DNA from: Candidatus Aminicenantes bacterium
Lineage (GTDB): Bacteria; Acidobacteriota; Aminicenantia; UBA2199
NCBI GenBank assembly: GCA_026393835.1
Contig: JAPKZK010000020.1
Coordinates: 13,034-77,033, forward strand
Length of the DNA: 64,000 bases
Direction of reading: 5' to 3'
Part shown: positions 53,412 to 62,377 of the stretch, piece after piece
Position numbering within the stretch: position 1 is the first letter of the stretch
Layout: each line of letters begins with the position of its first letter
Translations under genes and position numbers: made by a program
The notes under the pieces: generated by a model
What the model was told of the DNA's origin: nothing
What the model saw: the letters and a program-made list of their open reading frames with translations, nothing else
Databases searched by the model: none

Positions 53412-55187
53412 ATGGAAACCATCACTTTTTATTCTTATAAAGGCGGCGTTGGGCGGACTTTGTCCCTTGCCAATATTGCCGTTTACCTTTCACGATTTGG
53501 ATTAAATGTATGTATCGTCGATTTCGACCTTGAAGCGCCGGGCATCCATTATAAGCTGCAATCGATTTTTCCTGGTCCCGTTGAAAGAGGATTGGTGGAT
53601 TATATCTATGAGTTTACATCAGGTGGAAGTATTCCCGGCTCCCTTAACGACTATGTCTTGACCGCTGAAAATATACCCGAGGGAGAAGGAAATATCCAGT
53701 TGATTCCCGCCGGGAATGTTTTATCGTCGGAATATTGGAAAAAACTGGCTTCCATCGATTGGCACAGTTTGTTTTATGAAATCGGAGGGGAAGGAGTACC
53801 GTTTTTTCTTGAATTCAAGGAAAAAATTCGCAGCGAACTCCAACCCGATATTTTATTGATCGACTCCCGGACCGGGATTACCGAGATGAGTGGGATATGC
53901 ACGGCGCTTTTACCAGATAAGGTGGTTTTTTTGATCACCAACAACCGGGAAAATATCGAAGGTTCACGCCAGATAATGAGAGGCATTCAAAAGGCAAAGC
54001 GTTTTAAAGGACAGAAACCGATAGAAGTATTTTTTGCCTTAACTCGAATCCCGAACCCGCAAAATGCCGAAGAAAATGAAAATGAACAAAAAATAATCGC
54101 TAGTATTCTGAGTTTCTTAAATGAGAGTACGGCGAACCTGGAAGACCAGTTGAATATTCCTGAAATCTTCGTACTGCATTCCGACAGGGACCTGGAACTT
54201 TCGGAATCGTTACGGTTAAATCAATATGAATTCAGAGATAAACCATTGACCCAGGATTATTTGAAGCTTTTTTTAAAAATAATCCCCAGGGAAATCACGG
54301 AGTCAAAAATTAATAGTGTTGTTGAACGAGTAATCACAGAAGATCGATTGCTTGAAGAACCGGATAAGGTGCAGGAAGAATTGGAGGCTTTGGCGGCGTC
54401 CTATCCATCCCCACAGACCTATGAAAAGCTGATTGATTTTTATATTCTTCGTAACATGGATAAATCTAAAATATTAGCTGTGTACAGCAGCTTATTTAAA
54501 GTCACCCGAACGCTCAGTGAAAAAATGTATGCAAAATTCATTCAGGCATTTAAGAAAGCGAGTATTTATTGGATAGAGAAAGATATTCTGGAAAAGGTTG
54601 AAGAATATCTTCAATCGAATCCAGGCGAAAAAAAGGACATAGCACTGAAATTAGCGGATGCATATTATGATAAACGTTTGTATGAACGTGCCTTAGAATG
54701 GTATTTAAACCTTTTGGATAAAGTGAAAGATCCATCTGAAATTTTGGAGAAAATATTTGCTATCTATCGTCAGGACAAAATAGGAAATGGGAGGGATGTA
54801 TTAAAGGTGTATGTAACATATAATTCTCTCATTTTAGAAAAAACTTCGTTGAAGATAAAGGCTTTAGAGGCGCTTTATGAAAAAGGTGAAATCGAACAAG
54901 TTAAAAAATTGATCGATCGAATCGATATTACTGAAGATTCTTTTATTGAGCATTCATCCGGATTATTTTATGAAATAATAAAATCCTACGGAAGTGAAAA
55001 CACCGTGAATGAGAAACTCTCCGCCTGGCTAAAAATTGCATTGAAGAGGCGAGATTCGGAAAGGGTGTACAAACTTGGGAGAATTTTTTTTGAACTTGGA
55101 AAAGCGGAGGAATTCAGGAAAGCAATACCTGAAGGTTTCCCAATTAGAGAAAAAATTTTAAATGATTTAGAGCGGAAATTTCGGTAA
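53412..55187 (+). CDS. KGGVGR-motif ParA/MinD-like (SIMIBI) ATPase fused to a C-terminal TPR-like helical repeat array
   Basis: The ATG at 53412 follows GGGGGTGA and lies 3 nt after the gene B stop. It has the deviant Walker A FYSYKGGVGRTLSLAN, then VDFDLEAPG and LLIDSRTGITE. The C-terminal ~270 aa are helical repeats (YAKFIQAF..., ALKLADAYYDKRLYERALEWYL...). Confidence 0.7.
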   Translation: METITFYSYKGGVGRTLSLANIAVYLSRFGLNVCIVDFDLEAPGIHYKLQSIFPGPVERGLVDYIYEFTSGGSIPGSLNDYVLTAENIPEGEGNIQLIPAGNVLSSEYWKKLASIDWHSLFYEIGGEGVPFFLEFKEKIRSELQPDILLIDSRTGITEMSGICTALLPDKVVFLITNNRENIEGSRQIMRGIQKAKRFKGQKPIEVFFALTRIPNPQNAEENENEQKIIASILSFLNESTANLEDQLNIPEIFVLHSDRDLELSESLRLNQYEFRDKPLTQDYLKLFLKIIPREITESKINSVVERVITEDRLLEEPDKVQEELEALAASYPSPQTYEKLIDFYILRNMDKSKILAVYSSLFKVTRTLSEKMYAKFIQAFKKASIYWIEKDILEKVEEYLQSNPGEKKDIALKLADAYYDKRLYERALEWYLNLLDKVKDPSEILEKIFAIYRQDKIGNGRDVLKVYVTYNSLILEKTSLKIKALEALYEKGEIEQVKKLIDRIDITEDSFIEHSSGLFYEIIKSYGSENTVNEKLSAWLKIALKRRDSERVYKLGRIFFELGKAEEFRKAIPEGFPIREKILNDLERKFR

Positions 55188-55250
55188 GTTTTTGACTTCA
55201 TTTGGAGTGTGAAATGATGGAGGTGGGGAACAGGCAAAAAGTACTCACAA

Positions 55251-55361
55251 AATGTCTGAACCGCGGATTACGCTGAGATAACACTGATGACGCTGATTAG
55301 ACACTCTTATAATGTAATCTGAGTAATCTGCGCCATCTGCGTCATCCGTGGTTCAGACATT
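55251..55361. repeat. 111-bp imperfect palindromic element with 18-bp terminal inverted repeats
   Basis: aatgtctgaaccgcggat (55251..55268) pairs with atccgtggttcagacatt (55344..55361), 17/18 complementary. The interior holds nested pairs (tgatgacgc/gcgtcatc) and aatctg motifs. Confidence 0.65.
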
Positions 55362-55505
55362 CTATCAGAGAGTGCAATAATTGAGGTATCTTTAGTAGGG
55401 GTATCTTTAGGTGTCAGGCCAATTTTTCCCCTATCTCAGGAAGCCCCATGGAACAAAAGAAAAGTAAACCGGCTGTTCTGATTTGGAAAAATTTTGAAAA
55501 TATGT

Positions 55506-55534
55506 TTGACAATATATGAAATTTCAATTATGTT
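55506..55534 (+). promoter_or_regulatory. Putative sigma70 promoter for the 73-aa ORF
   Basis: TTGACA-17 nt-TATGTT, followed by a GAGGTG RBS 6 nt before the ATG at 55553. Confidence 0.45.
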
Positions 55535-55552
55535 AAAGGCTGAGGTGATAAA

Positions 55553-55774
55553 ATGGATACCATACAATTAGGCGTTGATGAACGGATACTTAAGAAATTC
55601 GGAGAAGAAATGATCAAGGAATATGTGAACAAAATGATCTCCTTGAAAAAATTGGAATTTTTCACGGATTTGATCTCAAAATCCATTGAGATGCCTCAAG
55701 AAGAATATGATAAGGAACTGGAAGAGATCCGAAAGGAAAGCTGGCAAGAATATAAAAAAGACCTCCCTTGCTAG
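55553..55774 (+). CDS. Small acidic helical protein (73 aa), possibly antitoxin-like
   Basis: Good promoter and RBS context, but no motif recognised. The stop codon lies in the target-site duplication of the adjacent MITE-like element. Confidence 0.5.
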   Translation: MDTIQLGVDERILKKFGEEMIKEYVNKMISLKKLEFFTDLISKSIEMPQEEYDKELEEIRKESWQEYKKDLPC

Positions 55775-55907
55775 AGCCTATCCGAAAACTCATGGATGCT
55801 TTAAAATTGTAGGGAACAGGCATTGCCTGTTCCCACTGGCATTTGAGGAACAGGCAATGCCTGTTCCCTACCAATTTACGCCCCGTGCATACCTTTTCGG
55901 ATAGGGT
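55774..55907. mobile_element. 134-bp MITE-like element with 14-bp terminal inverted repeats, twin GTAGGG hairpins inside, and a flanking 7-bp direct repeat CTTGCTA
   Basis: The left end (55775..55788) reads agcctatccgaaaa and the right end (55894..55907) reads ttttcggatagggt, 13/14 complementary. CTTGCTA occurs at 55767..55773 and 55908..55914. The interior holds gtagggaacaggcattgcctgttccc and its inverted copy. Confidence 0.65.
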
Positions 55908-56045
55908 CTTGCTAACGAGAGATAATAAGCTCTATAAGGGCTTGAAAAAAAAGCAATTTGAAAATGTTATTTTATTCGATAGCTTTTTGAAATATTTGGA
56001 TGAAAAGTAGGCCCTGGGGGCAGGTCAATTGTCAATTGGGATTCG

Positions 56046-57791
56046 CTAACCCTCTCTGATGGTTACTTCTTTGCCATTAAATACAATGGCCAATTTCTTA
56101 TAATTTTTTACTCCCCTTTCCACCAGTTCTGTTTCGTACTTTTTGTCTTCGATCTGTTTTAACGCAGCATTCACGGCTGATTCCACGGTTTCGTTATCGT
56201 CCGCATCGACGGTCTTGAATTCGATCACATAACCGGTTAAACGGAGATCATGGGGGATAATCGAAATATCATATCTGCCATACCCGGATTCACGGTTGGA
56301 TTTTATTTCATGGGTATTGGAAATCCATACCAACAATCCCGCCACCAATGCATGATATACTTTCTCCGGCTCAGACCCGAAATCATGATAACTGAAAACA
56401 GCGGCAATCACTTTTCGCAGCATTTTTTCAAAAAGCTTTACATCCCCGTCGATTAATGCTTTAAGCATGATTTCCAATTTGTTATTTTCGATTTTATCGG
56501 TAAAATACCGCTGGATAATCCGTTTATAAATGGTCCTCACTTCCATATTGGGTATGGACAGCTTATAGTAGATACTCCCGGAGGCGTCCATCCGCTTTTC
56601 GGTCTGCTTTAAGTATCCACCCATCAAGAGAAAACTCCATAAGGAATCTTCATCGGATTCGATGTCTTTCAAGATAATATTCTTTTCGATTGTCTTTTCT
56701 ATAAACTCTCCCCGGAAGAGTTGTTCCATTTCCGCCTTGAGTTCTTTGCCCCCCCTGGACAGTAAGGATTCCACAACTTTGTTGTCGGAAGTATTAATCC
56801 AGTAAGGTTCCAATTCTTTTCCTTTGCTGGCGAGAAAATTAATGACGGACCAGGGATTGTAAATAATGGTGTTACCGAACTTATATCCGTTATACCACTG
56901 CTGGACCTGTTCATACATGTGGAGGACATTGAAATCCGCCAGCATTGTTTCCACTTCCTTTTCCGTGAAGCCGAATTTATCGTCGAATTCCTCCGCCAGG
57001 AGGGTATACACGCCCGGGTTGTTGAGGCCGGAGAAAATCGATTCCCTGGCGATCCTCATAATCCCGGTAATAACACTTTTTTCCAGGTACTGGCCGGTAT
57101 CTTTCAGGCCGGCGCACAGGAAATTGCGCATAAAATCGATGATTTCATCATAATAGTTGTTGGTAAAGCCCGCATGAATAGGGGCGTCATATTCATCGAT
57201 CAAAATAACCGCCCGCCTGCCGTAATACCGGTTTAAGAAAATAAGCAGATATTCCAGGCTGTTTTCATAGTCTTCCTTTTCGCCCTCCAGGTCGATAATT
57301 TTTTGAAAATAATCCAGTTCAAAGGGCATTAGTACTTTACTGTTTAAGAGACAGCAATGCCTGGCATACTCTTGCCGAATAAGTTTTTTTATTTTCCTGT
57401 AGGTTGTTTCCCAGTCGGATTCCTTGATGTTTTTAAAGGTTAAAAAAATAACCGGGTGTTGGCCCATTTTCTCCAGGTATTGAGGTCCTGCTTTAGAGAT
57501 GGCCAGGGAATCGAATAGACTTTTATAGGTGTTGCCGGGTGTAACCGGTTTACTTTCCAGGAAAGGGGCTCCGGTCTGCCGGGGCAAGTCTTCGGGGCAG
57601 CAGTCGTAAAAGTACTTTAGCATTGAAATATTAATGGTTTTCCCGAAACGCCGGGGACGGGGAAGAAGTAAAATCGTATCCCCCCTGTCGATGATTTCCT
57701 TGATAAAAAGGGATTTATCTACATAGTAGTAATTCTCAGTAATAATTTTTTTAAAATCGGACTCACCGACAGCCAGTTTTTTCATATCCAT
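56046..57791 (-). CDS. AAA-ATPase-like plus PDDEXK_9 nuclease-family protein, copy 2
   Basis: 581 aa with LAVGESDFKKIITENYYYVDKSLFIKEII....LLPRPRRFGKT, VILIDEYD and a C-terminal GRYDISIIP....GYVIEFK. Confidence 0.7.
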   Translation of the reverse strand: MDMKKLAVGESDFKKIITENYYYVDKSLFIKEIIDRGDTILLLPRPRRFGKTINISMLKYFYDCCPEDLPRQTGAPFLESKPVTPGNTYKSLFDSLAISKAGPQYLEKMGQHPVIFLTFKNIKESDWETTYRKIKKLIRQEYARHCCLLNSKVLMPFELDYFQKIIDLEGEKEDYENSLEYLLIFLNRYYGRRAVILIDEYDAPIHAGFTNNYYDEIIDFMRNFLCAGLKDTGQYLEKSVITGIMRIARESIFSGLNNPGVYTLLAEEFDDKFGFTEKEVETMLADFNVLHMYEQVQQWYNGYKFGNTIIYNPWSVINFLASKGKELEPYWINTSDNKVVESLLSRGGKELKAEMEQLFRGEFIEKTIEKNIILKDIESDEDSLWSFLLMGGYLKQTEKRMDASGSIYYKLSIPNMEVRTIYKRIIQRYFTDKIENNKLEIMLKALIDGDVKLFEKMLRKVIAAVFSYHDFGSEPEKVYHALVAGLLVWISNTHEIKSNRESGYGRYDISIIPHDLRLTGYVIEFKTVDADDNETVESAVNAALKQIEDKKYETELVERGVKNYKKLAIVFNGKEVTIREG

Positions 57792-57933
57792 GATTATTCA
57801 CCGGTGTAAGTATAGCATACCGCATTATGATTTGCAAATAGAAGTCGCCCCGTACGCGAATCCTTTCCCTATGATTGACTTTATGGAGTCTAACTGCATT
57901 TACACCGCTCAGGTTCTTGGTGTAGGTTTCCAC

Positions 57934-58278
57934 TTAATGAACATGAAAAGCATGCGATGCAAACAATAAAATCAAAGCTGTCGTTATTATAAATGCAATA
58001 ATGGCCTCCCGCTTCAACTGGGAAAACATATGTGCTTTGGCGACAACATATTGCTTTATCGGCTTGATATTGTAGAAGATGTGAATTAATGCGGCAACAA
58101 GAAAGATAATGCCGGCGAAGTTGTGTACCGCCATTGCTGCGTGACGTAACTGAGACACTTCAGCCCTATCCGTGAGATGGAGAATGATACCTGATGGCGG
58201 TAACCAGACAAAAGAAAAGAGCATTGTCAACGACACCAGCGCACGGGAATTTAATTTTTGCTGCTGGGGATTAGACAT
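57934..58278 (-). CDS. DUF4405-like small membrane protein
   Basis: 114 aa with 3-4 TM helices and conserved His residues (ILHLTD..., AVHNFAGIIF..., LIHIFYN). Confidence 0.5.
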   Translation of the reverse strand: MSNPQQQKLNSRALVSLTMLFSFVWLPPSGIILHLTDRAEVSQLRHAAMAVHNFAGIIFLVAALIHIFYNIKPIKQYVVAKAHMFSQLKREAIIAFIITTALILLFASHAFHVH

Positions 58279-58367
58279 AACGACCTCCCGATACTATGGC
58301 GCTTTGATAATATATATTGCTCCACATAAAAGTCTGCGCTTCGCTCATATTGACCTCCATTCTCCAC

Positions 58368-59270
58368 TCACTTTATCGTAACGAACACGCCGGCCAGGAC
58401 CACGACGCCGCCGATTAAAAACGGCCACCCCAACGGCTCGGCAAGAAATAGAAACGCCGCCACCGAAGCGATTATGGGCTGAACGTTCTGAAAAACCGCG
58501 ATCCGGGTGGCTTCAATGTGTTTAATCAACCAGTACCAGAGCACATAAGCCGCCACGGATAAACCTAACGCCAGGTAAAGCACCGCCAACCACGCGCCTA
58601 CAGTGGGCCTGGAATAATCGAATCTCAAGGCATGATACAACCCGAAAGGAAAATACAATAGGGTCCCGGAAGACAGGGCGTATGCGGTAATCCTGAAGGC
58701 GCCGTATTTGATCACCAGGGGCCGTCCTATAATGGTATAGCCTACCCAGGCGAATACGGAAATGAGTATAATCAAATCGCCCAGCAGGTACTTTGTTCCT
58801 AATTGGAGAGCGCCGTATGCCATGATAAGCGCTACCCCCATCAGCCCCAATGCAACCCCCACGGCGCGCCTCCAAACGAATTTCTCTCTAAAAAAAACCA
58901 GGGCCGCCAGGAAAAGCCAGATGGGCGTCGTGGCAAATAACAACGCCCCGTGCCCGGCCCCGGTTAAACTCTGTCCGTAAAGATACATGAGCTGGTTGAA
59001 CGGGATAATCAAACAACCCAGGCCGATGATTTTCAAGTAATCCCCCTTCTCGATGGCCGGCTTGCGGGACCTGAGCCGCGTGATGACCAGCAGCACAAGC
59101 GCGGATATGACAAACCGGTAAAAAGCCACTGTGAAAGGATCGATCATGGAAAGGCCGAATTTGGCTATGGGATAGGCCACGCCCCCCAGGGACTGCTGGA
59201 ATAATAGGATGGGAATGAGATATAGCTTGTTATCCAGGTAAGACGGATCAAAGGAACGGCGGCTTTTCAT
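58368..59270 (-). CDS. EamA/DMT-family transporter
   Basis: 300 aa with ten predicted TM helices and a duplicated EamA pattern. Confidence 0.8.
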   Translation of the reverse strand: MKSRRSFDPSYLDNKLYLIPILLFQQSLGGVAYPIAKFGLSMIDPFTVAFYRFVISALVLLVITRLRSRKPAIEKGDYLKIIGLGCLIIPFNQLMYLYGQSLTGAGHGALLFATTPIWLFLAALVFFREKFVWRRAVGVALGLMGVALIMAYGALQLGTKYLLGDLIILISVFAWVGYTIIGRPLVIKYGAFRITAYALSSGTLLYFPFGLYHALRFDYSRPTVGAWLAVLYLALGLSVAAYVLWYWLIKHIEATRIAVFQNVQPIIASVAAFLFLAEPLGWPFLIGGVVVLAGVFVTIK

Positions 59271-59755
59271 TAAAATTTATAACCGATTTTACGCAGGAAA
59301 TCCTTACGCCAGGTAATGTCTTCCTCGGTCTCGATGCCCAGGCTGGTCATGCCGTCGATAACTCCCAGGACCCCCCTACCCAACTCTGTGTTGGCCACAA
59401 TGGCCTCCACCGGGTTGGCCGTGGCGCAAAAAATACGGCAGATTTCCGGCACATCCTTGATAATGCGCAGCACATTGATGGGGAAGAAACCATTGCCCAG
59501 GAAAATGATAAACGTATGCCCGGCGGCAAGTTTATGGGCATTTTTCGTTGCCAGTTTGATGAGCTCATCGTCCGTTCCACTCCACCGGACCAACCGTTTC
59601 CCCGAAGCCTCGCAAAAAGCCAACCCGAACTTGATGCCGGGTACGGTGTTCACCAAAGCTTCATGCACATCCTCAACGGTCTTGATAAAATGGGAATGCC
59701 CTAAAATAAAATTCAATTCCCCAGGGTTTTCGATCTTTACGACTTCTAACTCCAT
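59270..59755 (-). CDS. Adenosine-specific kinase family protein (PF04008-like)
   Basis: 161 aa. ILGHSHFIKTVEDVHEALV..VPGIKFGLAFCEASG, FPINVL..IK.VPE.C.I.CATANPVE and GRGVLGVIDG match that family. Confidence 0.7.
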   Translation of the reverse strand: MELEVVKIENPGELNFILGHSHFIKTVEDVHEALVNTVPGIKFGLAFCEASGKRLVRWSGTDDELIKLATKNAHKLAAGHTFIIFLGNGFFPINVLRIIKDVPEICRIFCATANPVEAIVANTELGRGVLGVIDGMTSLGIETEEDITWRKDFLRKIGYKF

Positions 59756-59875
59756 GTCATTACCTCCATATTAATCATTATTAATCATTTTTGGTATATT
59801 TGTTTTTATCACAAATAGAGAAGTATTTCAATAGCCTATTGACTTTATCTGTAACCTGGATTATAAATTACTTCC

Positions 59876-61288
59876 ATGGATGAAAAAAAAATTATTTTCG
59901 AATGTCCCCTGTCTTTCTCGTTACTGAACGATGACCAACAGGTCCAAACAAAAGGCAGCGCCCGCGCCCAAATCGATAAAGAACATCTCACGATCCTGTC
60001 CGAGGCCGGCGACGCCCTGGTCTTTCCCCTCCGGGAATTGGTTCAAATCGAAGAAAAAGAGTATCACCTTTTTCTTCCTTTTACCTTTAACCAACAATTG
60101 AACCTCTTTAACCTGGGCTTTAAATTCGAAGATTTCACCAGGACCCTGAGCAAATGCCACCACGAAATCATTATGCAGGATATGCTGGTTAAAGAAAACA
60201 TCCGCAAAAAAGACGTAACCGCGGAATATATCCGGTTCAATAAAAAAGGCGAAAAGGATCGTCAGGGGAAATGCGAGTTGCGGATTTTTGAAACCACCCT
60301 GGCGGTGCTCCCGGAAAAAGGCGACATTATCCGGCTGCCGCTGTGCAACATCCGCGACCTCCGGTCGGAAGACTACGGCCTGGCCGTCAACATGGAGTCC
60401 GGTGAAAAGGTGGTTCTTTCGCAAATGGGAACCCAACTGGACCCTTTTAAAAAAGTCCTTTCCGATATCCTTAGCAATCTCTCTTTAAAAACCCAGACCT
60501 TTCTCCAGGGACTGCTGCCGGAAACCGATGCGCCCACGATCTATAAAGTTTCCCATCTTTTAAAAGAAGGAAGAATCGCCGCTCGAAAAGATATCGAGGT
60601 TATTTCGGCCCCGGTATGGACCGGCATTGAAAAAAAGATCGCCCTCTCCCCCCTGGGCGATGAATATGATTTCCTTAAACCCCTGGGCCGACAGGATAAA
60701 ATAGGCGTGGGTTTTAAAAGGGGATTACTGGGAGGGGATGAAAGCGATTACTTCTGGTTTTTAATTCCCATCTACGGGGGTAAACCCGGGGAACCGGGGA
60801 ACGCCGCGGTCCTGGAAGCAGGATTGATTCGCCTGCCCAAAGAGGGCGAAGTGGATGAATCGGTCGAAGATGCGGCGGAAATGGGTGAAGGCGAAGAAAA
60901 CGCGGCCGCCGAGGACCTTTTAAAACAGGAAGGCAAGGCCACTTATTTTTTCCGCATCGTTAGCAGGGAAACCTACGCCGCCCTCAAAGATAAGACGGAA
61001 CTTGACATGAAGTACGACGAATTCATCAGTTCATTTAACCGCTGCATGCAGGAAGTCAATTTCCGCCGCGAACCCATTTATTTACCGGAAAAGCGGTTGG
61101 ACGAACCGCGCTATGTGAAATACCGGTACGCCCTCAAACGGCTGCCGGAGCTGCGCAAATTAAGGGAGCTCTTTATCGGCCGGGTGTTCCACCAATCCCA
61201 GGAACAGTGGAGAAAAGATACCCTGGCGTTACTGGCTTTCAATACCCAATCGCGCAGTGATAGTGAAAAGTGGGGAAAAGGTGAATAA
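59876..61288 (+). CDS. Hypothetical protein (470 aa)
   Basis: ORF with coding-like composition and an acidic insert (EGEVDESVEDAAEMGEGEENAAAED). No family recognised. Confidence 0.5.
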   Translation: MDEKKIIFECPLSFSLLNDDQQVQTKGSARAQIDKEHLTILSEAGDALVFPLRELVQIEEKEYHLFLPFTFNQQLNLFNLGFKFEDFTRTLSKCHHEIIMQDMLVKENIRKKDVTAEYIRFNKKGEKDRQGKCELRIFETTLAVLPEKGDIIRLPLCNIRDLRSEDYGLAVNMESGEKVVLSQMGTQLDPFKKVLSDILSNLSLKTQTFLQGLLPETDAPTIYKVSHLLKEGRIAARKDIEVISAPVWTGIEKKIALSPLGDEYDFLKPLGRQDKIGVGFKRGLLGGDESDYFWFLIPIYGGKPGEPGNAAVLEAGLIRLPKEGEVDESVEDAAEMGEGEENAAAEDLLKQEGKATYFFRIVSRETYAALKDKTELDMKYDEFISSFNRCMQEVNFRREPIYLPEKRLDEPRYVKYRYALKRLPELRKLRELFIGRVFHQSQEQWRKDTLALLAFNTQSRSDSEKWGKGE

Positions 61289-61300
61289 GGAGAATAAAAT

Positions 61301-61579
61301 ATGCCCGGATATAAACATCCCTGTCGATACTGCGGCAAATTAGTCGCGTCCGACGCCAACGTATGTCCTTTTTGTGGGAAAGGAACCCCCACGGGTTTTT
61401 TACGTTGTCCAAAATGTAAAAGCCCCATCGAGGAAGGCTGGAAAAATTGCAGCCACTGCGGCTTATCATTGGAAACCACCTGTTCTCAATGTAAAAAATT
61501 AACCTTCTTCGGTCCCAATTGCCAACATTGCGGCGCGGTTTTAACATACAGCGATCCCGCTCAAGGGAAAAAGAAATGA
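61301..61579 (+). CDS. Double zinc-ribbon protein (92 aa)
   Basis: Four CxxC pairs: CRYCG, CPFCG, CPKC, CSHCG, CSQC and CQHCG. Confidence 0.65.
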   Translation: MPGYKHPCRYCGKLVASDANVCPFCGKGTPTGFLRCPKCKSPIEEGWKNCSHCGLSLETTCSQCKKLTFFGPNCQHCGAVLTYSDPAQGKKK

Positions 61580-61631
61580 ATCATATAAACAGGTATAAAT
61601 ATAGACACACAAAACAATAGGAGGAACAACT

Positions 61632-62297
61632 ATGACAATGCAGGCTTTTACAGATAATTACCAGGATAATAGTACTGAAGCAGGATTTCAATTTACTTTT
61701 TTTTGCGATCTTTGCCATGAAGGGTATAAGACCAAATTCGATGAATCGACGACATACAAGAAGGGGAAATTTTTCGGCGGCCTGGGTAAGGCGATTTCCT
61801 TTGGGGCTTCCCTGATCGGTAAAGACGATTTGGGGTATCATGCGCAGCGTGGTTCCGATATGTTATCGGAACGGTTCCACGGCATGTCGCCGGAATGGCA
61901 AAAAGAGCATGATTCTGCTTTCGAGCAAGCGCAGAATGAAGCCAAAGGGCATTTTATTCGCTGTCCCCGGTGCAAACGCTGGGTATGTGAAAACGACTGG
62001 AATGAGCAGGAAGGTCTTTGCGTGGAAGACGCCCCGCGTATGGCCGTAGAAGTGGCCGCCGCCAAGGCCGAAAAAATGGTGGTGGATATCAAGGAAAAAG
62101 CGGCCGCTACCACGGTGTTTACCGGCGAGATCGAGAGTAAACAAACGATCTGTCCCCAGTGTGGGAAACCAGCCGGGGAAGGCAAATTCTGCAGCAATTG
62201 CGGCGCGTCGATGGGCATGGCCCAGTGTCCCCGCTGCGGCGCTAAGAATTCAGCGGCTTCGCGGTTCTGCGGCGAATGCGGCAACGTTTTAAAGTAA
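61632..62297 (+). CDS. Zinc-ribbon domain protein (221 aa)
   Basis: CxxC pairs CPRCKRW, CPQCG...CSNCG and CPRCG...CGECG at the C-terminus. Confidence 0.6.
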   Translation: MTMQAFTDNYQDNSTEAGFQFTFFCDLCHEGYKTKFDESTTYKKGKFFGGLGKAISFGASLIGKDDLGYHAQRGSDMLSERFHGMSPEWQKEHDSAFEQAQNEAKGHFIRCPRCKRWVCENDWNEQEGLCVEDAPRMAVEVAAAKAEKMVVDIKEKAAATTVFTGEIESKQTICPQCGKPAGEGKFCSNCGASMGMAQCPRCGAKNSAASRFCGECGNVLK

Positions 62298-62304
62298 CTA
62301 ATTA

Positions 62305-62362
62305 TCAAAAGTTTTGTGGGGTCCAGGGGCGATTTTTCAAAAGAGCCCCTGGCCGCCGGAGG
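62305..62362 (+). terminator. Conserved hairpin element, copy 3 (variant): caaaagttttgtggggtccaggggc...gcccctggccgccggagg
   Basis: The 8-bp GC stem ccaggggc/gcccctgg lies between convergent genes. The flank architecture matches copies 1 and 2. Confidence 0.5.
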
Positions 62363-62377
62363 CCCGGATGCGCGGGC

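Noticed and set aside
55915-56010. Short frame reading TRDNKLYKGLKKKQFENVILFDSFLKYLDEK, which resembles the C-terminus of a PIN/VapC-type toxin downstream of the 73-aa ORF
   Set aside because: Only ~32 codons are present with no upstream PIN N-terminal region. The MITE insertion does not account for the missing part, and the similarity is impressionistic.
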